This document shows positions 1 through 9,955 of a stretch of DNA of 64,000 nucleotides, piece by piece. Source of the stretch: Candidatus Bathyarchaeota archaeon. Lineage in GTDB: Archaea; Thermoproteota; Bathyarchaeia; 40CM-2-53-6. The stretch is taken from positions 14,941-78,940 of the forward strand of contig VBBT01000104.1 in NCBI GenBank assembly GCA_005881695.1, written 5' to 3'. Each line of letters opens with the position of its first letter. Positions within the stretch are counted from its first letter, which is position 1. The notes under the pieces are model-generated. The model saw nothing but the letters and a program-made list of their open reading frames with translations. It did not search any database and was not told the origin of the DNA. Position numbers and translations under genes: made by a program.

Positions 1-515
1 TTCCAGTGCAGCCGTTCGACCTCTGAGAGGTAGGCCTTCTCTCCGCCTTTCATCTCTGACGGCTTTGCTAGGGGCACGTCAGCCTCGTAGCCTCCCACAG
101 CGGCGTCGAGCTTCTTCATGAGGTCGGCCGGATACGTCCAGGCCTTCCCTGGTTGAATGGGGAATCCGGAGACCATGAATCCGTTTAGTGGGTAAGGGGG
201 ATAGGTCCCTGGAACATTAAAGACTCCAACCCTAAGCCCGGCCTGAGAACAAGTGTCCCAGATGCATCCCATTTCTGGTAATGTCTTACCGTGTTTGATT
301 TGTAGGTCCCTGCCGATGTAGATGAAACCCAGATTCCCTATCTTCGCCGGATTCCTTCCAGTCGCAAAACATTGCCACGCCGGGACGCTTGACGGTGGCA
401 CTATGGATTCTAGAACCCCGTGAACTCCTTTCTTGTAGAGACGCTTGAGATTGGGAAGCCTGTCTATCCACTTGTCAATTAGATGGGGAGAAGCAGAATC
501 CAGGCCAATTATCAT
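1..515 (-). CDS. Alkaline-phosphatase superfamily protein (type I phosphodiesterase / nucleotide pyrophosphatase-like). Partial: the 3' end runs off the window.
   Basis: Manual minus-strand translation from ATG at 515: MIIGLDSASPHLIDKWIDRLPNLKRLYKKGVHGVLESIVPPSSVPAWQCFATGRNPAKIG... The G-L-D-S-x-S and P-S-x-T-x-P-A-W N-terminal signature is typical of the AP/PF01663 family. The frame has no stop to position 1. Confidence 0.5.
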   Translation of the reverse strand, partial: MIIGLDSASPHLIDKWIDRLPNLKRLYKKGVHGVLESIVPPSSVPAWQCFATGRNPAKIGNLGFIYIGRDLQIKHGKTLPEMGCIWDTCSQAGLRVGVFNVPGTYPPYPLNGFMVSGFPIQPGKAWTYPADLMKKLDAAVGGYEADVPLAKPSEMKGGEKAYLSEVERLHW

Positions 516-520
516 CGCCT

Positions 521-1162
521 TCAAAGCTGAGCACCTGGACCCGATCTTCCTTGGTTCTGGCGGGAGAATGCGGTTTCGATCTCGTGAAGTATGTAGTTCC
601 ACACAACCTCGGGAGGGTTGTCAGTGCTAACCCTCGTAAGTCCGAAAACGCGAACGAGCTTGTTGTACTGCTGCTTCTCATTCATGATGTACTCCAAAGT
701 ATGCTCAGGCCGATTAGCGAGAATTCTCTTCTCACTCGCATCGAAGACGAAGGAGATGTCGGGCCGAGGAACCAAACGCGAGAGGAGATTTTCCAGAGGC
801 AACCTCATCCCGTTATCCCACGAACCAGCGATGAGGTCGTACAGATACCTGTCCGCTACGGTGTTGTAGCCGAGGAGCCTACGGGCCCTTATTCCGCCCG
901 CTAAAAGGGGGAGATAGACGAATAAATAGTACAAGGAGGAAACGGTGCGTACAGGCTCTATCTTCTCAAAATCGGCGGTGTCCTTGAACCCAAAGACCCT
1001 TGCTGCCCTTCTCAGTACAAAACCTAGCGGGTCCAGCAGATCTTGATGCCGAAGATAGGAGAATCTTAGACCTTGTTTATTCAGAAGGTAGTAGCACTTA
1101 CCAGCGTTTGTGGACTTGCCTGTTCCATGGGTCCCGCTAAGCGTCACCAGCAAGATTCGCAT
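521..1162 (-). CDS. P-loop NTPase, kinase-like (thymidylate/deoxynucleoside-kinase-like fold)
   Basis: Walker A motif LSGTHGTGKST near the N-terminus; 213 aa; lies in the glycan island. Confidence 0.45.
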   Translation of the reverse strand: MRILLVTLSGTHGTGKSTNAGKCYYLLNKQGLRFSYLRHQDLLDPLGFVLRRAARVFGFKDTADFEKIEPVRTVSSLYYLFVYLPLLAGGIRARRLLGYNTVADRYLYDLIAGSWDNGMRLPLENLLSRLVPRPDISFVFDASEKRILANRPEHTLEYIMNEKQQYNKLVRVFGLTRVSTDNPPEVVWNYILHEIETAFSRQNQGRSGPGAQL

Positions 1163-2278
1163 TCACCAGACCTTTTTGAGAAGCCGATCGCTTGAGACTG
1201 CGTTGACAAAGTTCAAGAACACGAGTGGAGGAGCGAGCAAGCATCTAACCGCGCTTCCTATGCGGCCCCTCGCGGTATCGCGACCTGCTTTGAGGAGGAA
1301 TACCATTACGAGCGCAGGGACCGGAATCCGATAGGGTAGAACCAGCCTGTCCCTTCCCAGAAAAGCAAGCCTGTCGCGCCCGAATCTTCTTTCAGCCTCT
1401 CTTTTGAGATTTGTAACGTGTGGAAAATCGACCTCGCACGCTTCTAAGAATCGCTGTATGGTGGAGAGATAGAAGAGGAAAGCCTCCTGGGTCCCGGTTC
1501 TCTCAATCCCCCTGATTATCTCATGACTGGAACATTTGCGGGTCATATTGGCAAAATCGAGGATGTCAGAGAGTTTCAGAAAGTTGTGACGGAACATCGC
1601 GTGGATCACTCTTATCAGAACTCCATCAACGTCAGATGTGAGCCAAACTTCACGACCGTTCAGATTCTCTTTTCGGCGAGTTTTCAGAACGTCTTCCGGT
1701 GCCAGGTATTCTTCTCCGAGCTGGCTGATGGTGGGGTAGATTTCGAAATCATGAACGAACTTCGGTAGGTAGCAACTGAACTTGCCTACAAGCTTGTCGC
1801 AGTGTGTCAGATCTTGCGGGCGTACTTTGTAGTTGGTTACTAGCAGATCCTTCGCTTTGCGAAATTCAGATGGCGAGGGGATTAGAAAGTCTAGGTCATG
1901 GCCGATGTCAGGTAAGGAGTCGAAAGATTTTATCACTACGAAGGGGACTCCTCGCTCCTCCAGGGCGCGGCTCATTTGATCGAACAACTCCCACGCCTCC
2001 ACTGCTTCCACCTTGGCCTGCTCTCGGACTGGAGGAGGAATCTTCAGCTGGGAAGCTGTCCTGAGCACTACCTTATTGAGCCTGGCTAGCTCCACGAATT
2101 TTTCAGAGTTGAAAGGCAGGGGCTCGTTTCGGAGGAGGACCCGAGCCAGGATGATGGAATCGGACTCTTTTCGGGCGGTCTTCACTATCCCCATCGACTC
2201 GAGAAAATCCATCCTCATATGACCAACCCTCTCAAAGTAGCGACCTGTAGGTTTCGAAGGTCTTCTCGGCCACGTCAT
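1163..2278 (-). CDS. Hypothetical protein (possible nucleotidyltransferase-like, motif GHDLDFLIP)
   Basis: 371-aa ORF adjacent to the glycosyltransferases; no strong family signature recognised. Confidence 0.35.
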   Translation of the reverse strand: MTWPRRPSKPTGRYFERVGHMRMDFLESMGIVKTARKESDSIILARVLLRNEPLPFNSEKFVELARLNKVVLRTASQLKIPPPVREQAKVEAVEAWELFDQMSRALEERGVPFVVIKSFDSLPDIGHDLDFLIPSPSEFRKAKDLLVTNYKVRPQDLTHCDKLVGKFSCYLPKFVHDFEIYPTISQLGEEYLAPEDVLKTRRKENLNGREVWLTSDVDGVLIRVIHAMFRHNFLKLSDILDFANMTRKCSSHEIIRGIERTGTQEAFLFYLSTIQRFLEACEVDFPHVTNLKREAERRFGRDRLAFLGRDRLVLPYRIPVPALVMVFLLKAGRDTARGRIGSAVRCLLAPPLVFLNFVNAVSSDRLLKKVW

Positions 2279-3419
2279 CCCACGACAGAATCATATCGGA
2301 GGCCTTGCTCTTGGACGAGAATGATTTTGGGTTCTCCAGAACCAGGGAAATAGCGTCCACCAATTTTTCCGTCTCGACTGGAGGCTCGACAGGAGTAGCC
2401 AGCCCGGCGGTTACAAACTCGGATAGGGCGGAGGAGTTTGCCACTATGGCAGGGGTGCCAACCGCAGCGGCTTCAGCAACTACGATCCCATAAGCTTCAA
2501 GATAAGATGGGAGAACGAACATGGTGCTCGACTCGTAGAGCTGGTACAGCTCCGGTTTCGTCAATCCCTCCAGCCATTCCACGCTCGACCCTAGCTTGAG
2601 TTGCCCTGCTTGGGACAAGAGTTCTTCCTTGACCGGTCCTCTCCCCACTATAGTGAGTTTGAGAGAGGGGTGCTTTGCCTTCAGGACGGCAAACGCCGTC
2701 AAGATCTTGTCCACATTCTTGTACTTCTCCAACCGGCCGACGAAAAGGATCCTGGGAGACGCAGGCGGAGACCATGAATACCGAGAGAGAAGTTCAGAGT
2801 CCACACCGTTAGGTATCACCGTGATCTTGCGCGCCGCACTGGGAAAGGCCTCGCCCATTATTCCCGCTTCGAACTCCGACACGCAAATCAGACAATCCAC
2901 CCGGTCCATGACCATGCCCAACACGGGTCGAGATGCTTCGAAGAACAGCTCTCCAAGGCTAGAACTGAATTTTCCATGAAAATGAGGAGTGAAGACAATG
3001 GAGCTACGACTCTTGCTTTCAAGGATTGCCGCTAGTGGACCTGGAACATCATGTATGCTGTGCAGGTGGAGAATACGCGAACGACACGCTCGAAGAATCT
3101 TGACAAAACTCGCCGACATTGGAAAATGATAGTTTCCCCCCGGTGCGAATGATCTCACTCTGAATATCGTCGAACCGTTCCCTATGCTCTGGGTCGAGGG
3201 AAGGCCCCCTGAGGGGTCTGTGGTCACAACAGAAACCCTGCGAAACCGGCCAGATGCCCTTGCGGTGAGCTCTGAGACATGAGTCTCCACCCCTCCAATA
3301 TACGGAGGATATCGGGGACTCACATACGTTATGCTCTCCATGACACCCTCTGACCCTAAACTAGGTTGAAAGAGGCACAGCGCGTAATAAACTCTGAAGC
3401 TGACGCGAAGCAGAAACAA
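2232..3419 (-). CDS. Glycosyltransferase family 1 (GT4)
   Basis: C-terminal EAYGIVVAEAAAVGTPAIVANSS motif characteristic of glycosyl transferase group 1; 395 aa. Confidence 0.8.
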   Translation of the reverse strand: MFLLRVSFRVYYALCLFQPSLGSEGVMESITYVSPRYPPYIGGVETHVSELTARASGRFRRVSVVTTDPSGGLPSTQSIGNGSTIFRVRSFAPGGNYHFPMSASFVKILRACRSRILHLHSIHDVPGPLAAILESKSRSSIVFTPHFHGKFSSSLGELFFEASRPVLGMVMDRVDCLICVSEFEAGIMGEAFPSAARKITVIPNGVDSELLSRYSWSPPASPRILFVGRLEKYKNVDKILTAFAVLKAKHPSLKLTIVGRGPVKEELLSQAGQLKLGSSVEWLEGLTKPELYQLYESSTMFVLPSYLEAYGIVVAEAAAVGTPAIVANSSALSEFVTAGLATPVEPPVETEKLVDAISLVLENPKSFSSKSKASDMILSWDDVAEKTFETYRSLL

Positions 3420-3537
3420 GACCTAACCAAATAACAATGGGCAGTCATATATCCAAGGATGTATTTAGCAATACGACTAGATTTGAGATAATTCGCCGGC
3501 ACGCAGGAAATACCTAATGCCTGCGCCGATAGATTCA

Positions 3538-4599
3538 TCATAATAACCGGTTCTCCTCTATCTTTTCCCACGTGAGCTGTTTGTTGCCCCGCGCCTCCTG
3601 ATACAGGGCGGCCAGCATTATCACGTTGTTAGTCAGGTAGGTCGCGCCCATCTGCCTTAGACTGGGAACCAAGACTATCACAGCTAGCCCAGCTAGGGCC
3701 AAGTAGAGAAGCAGTGGAAAGATCGCGACTACCCAGATCGTCAACGCGGCAAATGGGACAAAGAGAATCGGGTTGACAGCGTACAGGAAGAACTCCATCG
3801 GAAAGATAATTCCCGCTGGAGTTGAGCGTCTAGTGAACAGGCGTCGATGACCAAGAAATGCCTGGATCACGTGCTGGCCTCGCCTTATCTTCTGCCTGAA
3901 CCGAGCGCCCCAAACGCCGGGGGTGGGCTCGAAGAACACTACGTCCTCTGCACTGATTGCGCGGAGCCCCTTCTCCACCATCGCCAAAGCCGCATCCGTG
4001 TCATCCCCTCCGATCCGAGTGTCGAAACCTGGCAGATCCGCTCGACGAAAGAGCTGGATTTCCCCTTCGGCGACTGGAGTGCTGTGAATCTTGGACTCGC
4101 CAATTCTCACCGCGCGGTAGATCGACCGGTAGGAATTCTCCATGCCAACAGGCAGACTAGACCCCGGCGCCTGGCTAGCATGAACCCCCGAAACAGAGCC
4201 CACCGATGGATCCGAGAGATATTTTACAGCGTTTCGCAGAGTCTCCTTGTTCCACAAACACTCAGCATCACTGATACAGACGAGCTCTCCCGACGCACGC
4301 TTCAAACCTGTGTTGAGCCCGGACGCCTTACCTCTCCGCTCCGTTTCCTCCAGCACAGCTCCCTTGAAGCCCATTTCCTCGAAGGCCCTCCGGGCTTGTC
4401 GAGCGGTCCCGTCAGACGAAGCACTGTCAACCACGATAAGCTCGACCTTCTCTCTTGGATAATCGATCTCGGCGAGGTTGCGGAGCTTCTTCTCTACTAC
4501 CGGGCTCTCGTTGTATGTGGGAACGATGATGCTTACGGTTGGCTCCCATTCCTTGGAGAGGGTTAGGCCATAGCCTCGTGAAGAGGCCAGTCTCCCCAT
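3538..4599 (-). CDS. Glycosyltransferase family 2 with C-terminal transmembrane region
   Basis: SIIVPTYNE N-terminal GT2 motif and a DxD-like region; hydrophobic C-terminus. Confidence 0.8.
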   Translation of the reverse strand: MGRLASSRGYGLTLSKEWEPTVSIIVPTYNESPVVEKKLRNLAEIDYPREKVELIVVDSASSDGTARQARRAFEEMGFKGAVLEETERRGKASGLNTGLKRASGELVCISDAECLWNKETLRNAVKYLSDPSVGSVSGVHASQAPGSSLPVGMENSYRSIYRAVRIGESKIHSTPVAEGEIQLFRRADLPGFDTRIGGDDTDAALAMVEKGLRAISAEDVVFFEPTPGVWGARFRQKIRRGQHVIQAFLGHRRLFTRRSTPAGIIFPMEFFLYAVNPILFVPFAALTIWVVAIFPLLLYLALAGLAVIVLVPSLRQMGATYLTNNVIMLAALYQEARGNKQLTWEKIEENRLL

Positions 4600-4673
4600 T
4601 ACGCCAAAGTATGCGAGAGGAATCCCGATATGGACGAGGCCGATTAGAACCCAGGCAACGAGGACGAGATTGA

Positions 4674-6329
4674 TCAGGAGAACTCTTCCTCCTTGCGAAT
4701 GTCCCCATGTCGCGAGGCGATTGCCGGGCTTTCGAGGCGGGAGACCTTGAATCCATCACGACCGTACCCGGTCACTAGCTCAAGCTTGAGATCGCCTTGC
4801 CGGTCTTTATCCCCATACTGAATGGACACGTTACCGTCGTGCGTCTCGATCCGGGAGTTGGCCCGATGAGTCCACCACTCGGCCAATTCCCCTAGCGTTA
4901 GAATCTCGCACTCGGGATCAGACCTGAACCTGTCGAGAAGACGATAATACTCCTCCGCATTCTCCGGCTGGCCAAACTCGTAGTCCGGGTGAACCAATAG
5001 GACACACGCGCCGCCAACGCCGCGGATCCATCGCGAAACCCGAAAGAGCTCCTCAACAGCCTCCGAAGCGGGGAGACCGCTCACCCTGATGAGCTGGTGG
5101 TCCTGAGGTAGAGAAACCGGAATCTCTAACACCCCTGACACGAAGAATGGGAAGACAGTTCCGACCCCATGCGGCTTGAGGGATGTGGGAGAGAGAGGTT
5201 CCCAGCTCGGCGCGGAAGAATCGTACATGTATCCTGCCTTTCCCAGCGCCCCCAGTAGTTCTCGTCCATGCTGGAGGAGAGGGGACCTGAACCCTCGAAC
5301 CTCTTTTTTGCAGAGGGATTCAAGTCGGGATTTGCACCTGCCAACCCTTTCCACCTTGTTCTCGAAGCTCTCGAAAATCAGCCGGCCATCATGTTTCGTA
5401 TCGTGCGCTCCAACCTCCCCCGCACTTGCCAGGGAGATCAGTAATTGGGATGAAAGGGGATACCGTTCGCTGGGGATATTCCAGGTCGAACGGACCCCGA
5501 GCTTAGACTCTATGCCCGCGCACCTCCCCGCACCCTCCTCGAGGCCCAGTCTTGTCTCCACATCGTGGGTGATCGCCAGCGCATGGGATTTTCCCTTCCT
5601 CCAGAAAGCTATGCGCGGTATTGCAAGTCCCGTTGCAACAACTAGGCTCGCTAGAAAGATCGTTCGTAGGCATTCAACGGGTGAGAGCTTGTCCTCGGTA
5701 AGTTCTGTGACAGCATCGGGGGCCCTGAATGCTCGACTCCTGATGAAAGAAGGGATTGCTCGATAGGAGAATGGAAACTTTGTGACAAGACGGAATTTTC
5801 TGCTCGGAGCTTCCTCTAATCCCCCTGAGACAAGTCTCGCATATTCGGAGACCAGATCCACCGATGATATGTGAATGTGCGCATCTACGAACTTGGAAAG
5901 CACCGCTGTTTCACCATCGCTAATCACAGGCTCGAGGCCGGGTCCTGAGAACTCGTTCACTCTGGTTCTTATTGAAACGGAGACATCGGGACTAACCGGA
6001 AGTCGAAGAAGGGTCTCCCTCGTATGGAGCGTGAGGCCGTATTCTTTCGCAATATCTTTGGAGTCTTCGGGTCCGGTTGGGAACATAATGACCCCTGCAC
6101 TGGTCTTTGCTTGGGTCCGGGGTATCATCCCAGACGAAACGATAATCTGCTTCTCTTCACGGAGGGGACTGGCAACAAATGGTAATTTCCAGAATTCAGC
6201 GTATTCTCGCAGAACTCGAAGGTCTCTATCCTGTCTTCCTCTCAAAACTATGCCTTGGACGATAGCGGGTTCCATGGCTATTTCTTGACCCCGAGTTTCA
6301 ACATGAATACCGGCCCAACTATCTGCCAC
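4674..6329 (-). CDS. Polysaccharide deacetylase (NodB-homology) domain protein
   Basis: HALAITHDVETRLG and other motifs of the carbohydrate esterase 4 (polysaccharide deacetylase) family; 551 aa. Confidence 0.55.
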   Translation of the reverse strand: MADSWAGIHVETRGQEIAMEPAIVQGIVLRGRQDRDLRVLREYAEFWKLPFVASPLREEKQIIVSSGMIPRTQAKTSAGVIMFPTGPEDSKDIAKEYGLTLHTRETLLRLPVSPDVSVSIRTRVNEFSGPGLEPVISDGETAVLSKFVDAHIHISSVDLVSEYARLVSGGLEEAPSRKFRLVTKFPFSYRAIPSFIRSRAFRAPDAVTELTEDKLSPVECLRTIFLASLVVATGLAIPRIAFWRKGKSHALAITHDVETRLGLEEGAGRCAGIESKLGVRSTWNIPSERYPLSSQLLISLASAGEVGAHDTKHDGRLIFESFENKVERVGRCKSRLESLCKKEVRGFRSPLLQHGRELLGALGKAGYMYDSSAPSWEPLSPTSLKPHGVGTVFPFFVSGVLEIPVSLPQDHQLIRVSGLPASEAVEELFRVSRWIRGVGGACVLLVHPDYEFGQPENAEEYYRLLDRFRSDPECEILTLGELAEWWTHRANSRIETHDGNVSIQYGDKDRQGDLKLELVTGYGRDGFKVSRLESPAIASRHGDIRKEEEFS

Positions 6330-7021
6330 CAGTCTTTCAAAGGAGAAATATGTGAGTACTTTCCCTTCCTGATTTCCGTATAGTCTTTTGAGACCGGTCT
6401 TTCTGCAAACTTGTAGCCTAGTGTGAGAGCCTTGTAGTGCAAATAATACTCGAGCTCGTAGTTGTCAAGCCAGTTCTGCCATACGTTGATTCGCGGGTCT
6501 CTTAGAATCGAGGATCTGTAAGCTCTGAATCCGTTGGTAACTTCCGTGCAATGTACACCGGTCATTGAGGTCCAGATGACTGGAAACAGGCGGGTGAAGA
6601 TGCTTCTGAGGAACGGATTCCTTTCTCGTCGTCCACCGGGGAGAAACCGGGATCCTTGGACGTAGTCCATCCCCTCTTTCAGTATCGGTGTGGTCAGCCT
6701 GGGAATTTCCCTAGGATCATCTTTCCCATTCCCAGCCATCACCACAATCAGGTCAAACTTGTTGTCGAGGGCGCGAATGTATCCTTGCCTGATGGCGTAG
6801 CCGATTCCCTTCCTCTCAGGATTATGGATCAAGTATACTGGAACATTGATACGTTGGCGGGCTTCTTCGATCCGCTTCAGCGTCCTGGGCGAAGGGCTGT
6901 CAGCGACTACGCAAATCTCGTCAACGACGCCCGGCTCGAATCTCTCTAGGACCGTTCCTATTGACAGGGCTTCGCTGTAGATCGGAATTATCGCAAGAGT
7001 TTTCGAAAGCGAGTCCCTTAC
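6278..7021 (-). CDS. Glycosyltransferase family 2 (dolichyl-phosphate sugar transferase-like); N-terminus lacks a canonical start codon
   Basis: The ORF track starts at TTG 6832 (MIHNPERKG...). The same frame continues upstream as VRDSLSKTLAIIPIYSEALSIGTVLERFEPGVVDEICVVADSPSPRTLKRIEEARQRINVPVYLIH, which is the conserved GT2 N-terminal beta-strand and DxD region. There is no ATG, GTG or TTG between the upstream stop and IIPIY. GTA overlaps the acetyltransferase TAA stop (GTAA), or ATA may initiate. Confidence 0.55.
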   Translation of the reverse strand, partial: VRDSLSKTLAIIPIYSEALSIGTVLERFEPGVVDEICVVADSPSPRTLKRIEEARQRINVPVYLIHNPERKGIGYAIRQGYIRALDNKFDLIVVMAGNGKDDPREIPRLTTPILKEGMDYVQGSRFLPGGRRERNPFLRSIFTRLFPVIWTSMTGVHCTEVTNGFRAYRSSILRDPRINVWQNWLDNYELEYYLHYKALTLGYKFAERPVSKDYTEIRKGKYSHISPLKDWWQIVGPVFMLKLGVKK

Positions 7022-7482
7022 CTTTGCAGTTCTCTCTGGCCGACGACCCGGGCTGGATTACCAACTGCGACAGCGTTGCTGGGAATATCTTTTGTAACCA
7101 CGGAGCCGGACCCGATGAGGGCATTTTCGCCGATGGTTACTCCCGGATTTATCGTGCACCCCGCTCCTATGGACGCGAATTTTTTGACCCGTGTCTTGAG
7201 CAGGGACCAGTCACCGCGAGACCTAGGATACTTGTCGTTAGTAAAACTGACGTGAGGCCCAATGAAAACGCCGTCCTCGATCGTTACTCCGGTCGGGATG
7301 AAAACAAACGGTCTGACCTTACAATTATCGCCTATCGTGACGCCTTCTTCGATGTAGACGTAAGCGTCTATTTTCGTGTTCTTGCCGATCGTGCAGCCGT
7401 AAAGGTTTACCTGGTCGTAGACTCGGGAACCTTTCCCGATCCTAGATTTCTTGATAACAGAATATTTCGAGCCGCTCCTCAC
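7018..7482 (-). CDS. Hexapeptide-repeat (left-handed beta-helix) sugar N-acetyltransferase, WbpD/PglD-like
   Basis: Tandem hexapeptide repeats: IGKNTKIDAYVYIEEGVTIGDNCKVRPFVFIPTGVTIEDGVFIGPHVSF; 154 aa. Confidence 0.8.
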   Translation of the reverse strand: MRSGSKYSVIKKSRIGKGSRVYDQVNLYGCTIGKNTKIDAYVYIEEGVTIGDNCKVRPFVFIPTGVTIEDGVFIGPHVSFTNDKYPRSRGDWSLLKTRVKKFASIGAGCTINPGVTIGENALIGSGSVVTKDIPSNAVAVGNPARVVGQRELQR

Positions 7483-8483
7483 TTTGCACGGATCTCCTCG
7501 GCAGTAGGCATCTGAATCTGCATCGTGCGCTCCTGACGGATAGATTCACGTGCAGATTCCAAGACGCTGACTACCCGGGCCCCGAGGACCCCGTCTGACT
7601 GGTTGGAGAAGGGCTTGGAGTCTTGATGGCTGGCTATGCAATTCAGGAAGTGTTCGACCTCTTCCCTCAAGGTGTTGCTAGGCGTGATCGATATCTGCTG
7701 GGTACCCTCCGAAGTCCGGAGAACGCCCTTCTGGTCAGAACAATCCAAATACGCCTCCGCCTTACTCCCGACCACCGTTACCTCTCTCCGTTTCTCTCTG
7801 CTCAACCAGCTAACCTCGACCTGCGCGGTTAGATCTCCTGCATGTTCTGCGGTTATGAAAGCCAACTCCTCGTTCTCCTTTGTCCTGTACCCCTTGCCCC
7901 TACAAGTAACCTTGGTCGGCCACTTGTCAAGGAGGAAGTTGCAAATGTCGAACGGATGCGGAGCGAGATCCGTGATAACTTCTCGGAAGCCTTGGGGAGG
8001 CAGAAAACCTGCCCAAACGAATCGGAGATAGTAAAGATCTCCAAGGACGCCGCTGGCGAGGGCTCTTCTCAACTCCCTAACGCCATTGTTGAACCTGTGA
8101 ATATGGCCCGTGCAGATGACGAGATTATTGTCCTTCGCAAGTTGCACGAGCTGGTACGCCTCTTTCGATCGTAGGGTGAGGGGTTTCTCGACTAGAACGT
8201 TCTTTCCAGCCTTGAGGAAATCGGAAGCAACTTCGAAGTGGGTCGCGTTCGGGGAGCAGATGTGAACCCCGGACAGTTTCGGGTCTGTGAGAAGCTCGTG
8301 ATAGTCCAGTTTGTAGTCTAGGGGACCAAACTCGTTCTGGCAGTGGGAGAGCATAGTGGGAGAGTTGTCGACCACTGCGTGAACTTGGACGCGTCCTGTA
8401 GTTCTGCCAACGTCTAGGGTCTCGCGGATTACCTTCTTTCCCCAATAACCCGCGCCGATGACGGCGATTCTGAGAGGTTCCAC
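7479..8483 (-). CDS. Gfo/Idh/MocA-family NAD(P)-dependent sugar oxidoreductase (WbpB-like)
   Basis: Rossmann motif RIAVIGAGYWGKK. The likely start is GTG at 8483, just after the aminotransferase stop. The longer ORF to 8648 overlaps the upstream gene by 143 nt. Confidence 0.75.
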   Translation of the reverse strand: MEPLRIAVIGAGYWGKKVIRETLDVGRTTGRVQVHAVVDNSPTMLSHCQNEFGPLDYKLDYHELLTDPKLSGVHICSPNATHFEVASDFLKAGKNVLVEKPLTLRSKEAYQLVQLAKDNNLVICTGHIHRFNNGVRELRRALASGVLGDLYYLRFVWAGFLPPQGFREVITDLAPHPFDICNFLLDKWPTKVTCRGKGYRTKENEELAFITAEHAGDLTAQVEVSWLSREKRREVTVVGSKAEAYLDCSDQKGVLRTSEGTQQISITPSNTLREEVEHFLNCIASHQDSKPFSNQSDGVLGARVVSVLESARESIRQERTMQIQMPTAEEIRAK

Positions 8484-8505
8484 GCTCCAAGCCTTCCTAG
8501 GGGTT

Positions 8506-9627
8506 TCAGGAGTCCTGATGAATAGCCTCTCGAACTGTTCGAGAGACCAGACTGACCTGTTGTTCTGTGAGCATCGGGTGCATGGGTAGACTGAGGACCT
8601 CTTTCGCAAGCTTCTCTGATACGGGGAAGGAGCCCTCTGAGAATCCATACTGGCGCCGGTAGTGCGCTTGGAGATGGATTGGGATGGGGTAGTGGATGGC
8701 GGATTCTATTCCGTTCTCCTCGAGCCGCTTCGCGATTCCGTCGCGGTGCTCGCTTCTGATCACGAACAAGTGGTACACGGGGACCTCTTTCGAATTCTCT
8801 TCCGGCGGAAGCGTGATTCCTTCTACGCCTTTGAATTCCCGCCTGTAGAGTTTGGCGATTCCCCTTCTAAGGCTGTTCCACTTGTCGAGCTTTCTCAGCT
8901 GGACCCTGCCGATCGCGGCGTTAACAGTATTCAGCCTCGATGTATATCCGACACGGGACATTTCGTATTTCGACGCCCTCCCACAATCTCTGAAGGATCG
9001 AGCAGCATCGGCAAGTTCTTCCTCGTTCGTCGTTATCATGCCACCGTCACCGCCGACGGTCATGTTCTTGCTAGAGTAGAAAGAAAAACATCCCGCTAGA
9101 CCGAGCGACCCAACTTTCTTTCCATCATACTCCGCACCGTGGGCCTGGCAACAATCTTCAACAATACTGATCCCTCGCTCTTCCGCCATTGCTAGGAACT
9201 CGTCCATTCGTGCTGGCTCGCCGTAGAGATGCACCGGCTCAACTGCTTGGGTTTTCGAGGTAATTTTCTTGGACGCCTTTTCAGGATCCAAGTTGAATCC
9301 GGAATTCTCAACGTCCGCAAACCTTGGTTGCGCGCCTGCGTGAATGATTGCGTTAGACGTTGCGAAAAACGAAAAGGGAGTTGTCAAGATCTCATCGTCA
9401 CCGTGGATCCCTATTGACTGGAAGGCAATTTGTAGCGCAGCAGTCCCTGACGCGGTCGAAACCGCGTAACGCGTGCCGCAGTACCGTGCAAACTCTTCCT
9501 CGAACTTGTAGACACTCTCGCCCATAACGAGCCTCTCGTTTCGTAGAGCGGAGATCCCTGCCTCAATCATCTCTTCATCGACAATAGGCCTCATCAACCC
9601 GACATTGAACCCATGTCGTGTTTGCAC
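8506..9627 (-). CDS. DegT/DnrJ/EryC1/StrS-family PLP-dependent sugar aminotransferase (WbpE/ArnB-like)
   Basis: Family motifs include SGTAALQIAFQSIG and DCCQAHGAEYDGKKVGS; 373 aa. Confidence 0.85.
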   Translation of the reverse strand: MQTRHGFNVGLMRPIVDEEMIEAGISALRNERLVMGESVYKFEEEFARYCGTRYAVSTASGTAALQIAFQSIGIHGDDEILTTPFSFFATSNAIIHAGAQPRFADVENSGFNLDPEKASKKITSKTQAVEPVHLYGEPARMDEFLAMAEERGISIVEDCCQAHGAEYDGKKVGSLGLAGCFSFYSSKNMTVGGDGGMITTNEEELADAARSFRDCGRASKYEMSRVGYTSRLNTVNAAIGRVQLRKLDKWNSLRRGIAKLYRREFKGVEGITLPPEENSKEVPVYHLFVIRSEHRDGIAKRLEENGIESAIHYPIPIHLQAHYRRQYGFSEGSFPVSEKLAKEVLSLPMHPMLTEQQVSLVSRTVREAIHQDS

Positions 9628-9955
9628 GATCGCCTGAGCCTGTTCAGTTCTCGCGATGGCTTCTCCGCTCGTATCTAACTCCGCCTTGCGGAGGGCTTGC
9701 AGACTCGCGAGTTTTAACCCTTCCTAAAGGGAACCACCGATATCAACCGTTGTAATGACAAATAAATCTTGAGATATCTTCTGCCCTCATAATAGTCGGA
9801 GACCTAAGATTGAATAAATACTTCGACGCGCAACAGAACCACCAGAAGAAATGAAGCCGCTTCGTCCTGCAGGGGTCTACCTACCACCAGTCATCCGCAA
9901 GAGTTCATCGAGCCAGCTGGAAACCATCATCATGAATCTGGAGGTCAACCTCTAG

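Noticed and set aside
3847-4566. 239-aa ORF antisense to the GT2 gene
   Set aside because: No motifs. The opposite strand encodes a clear glycosyltransferase.
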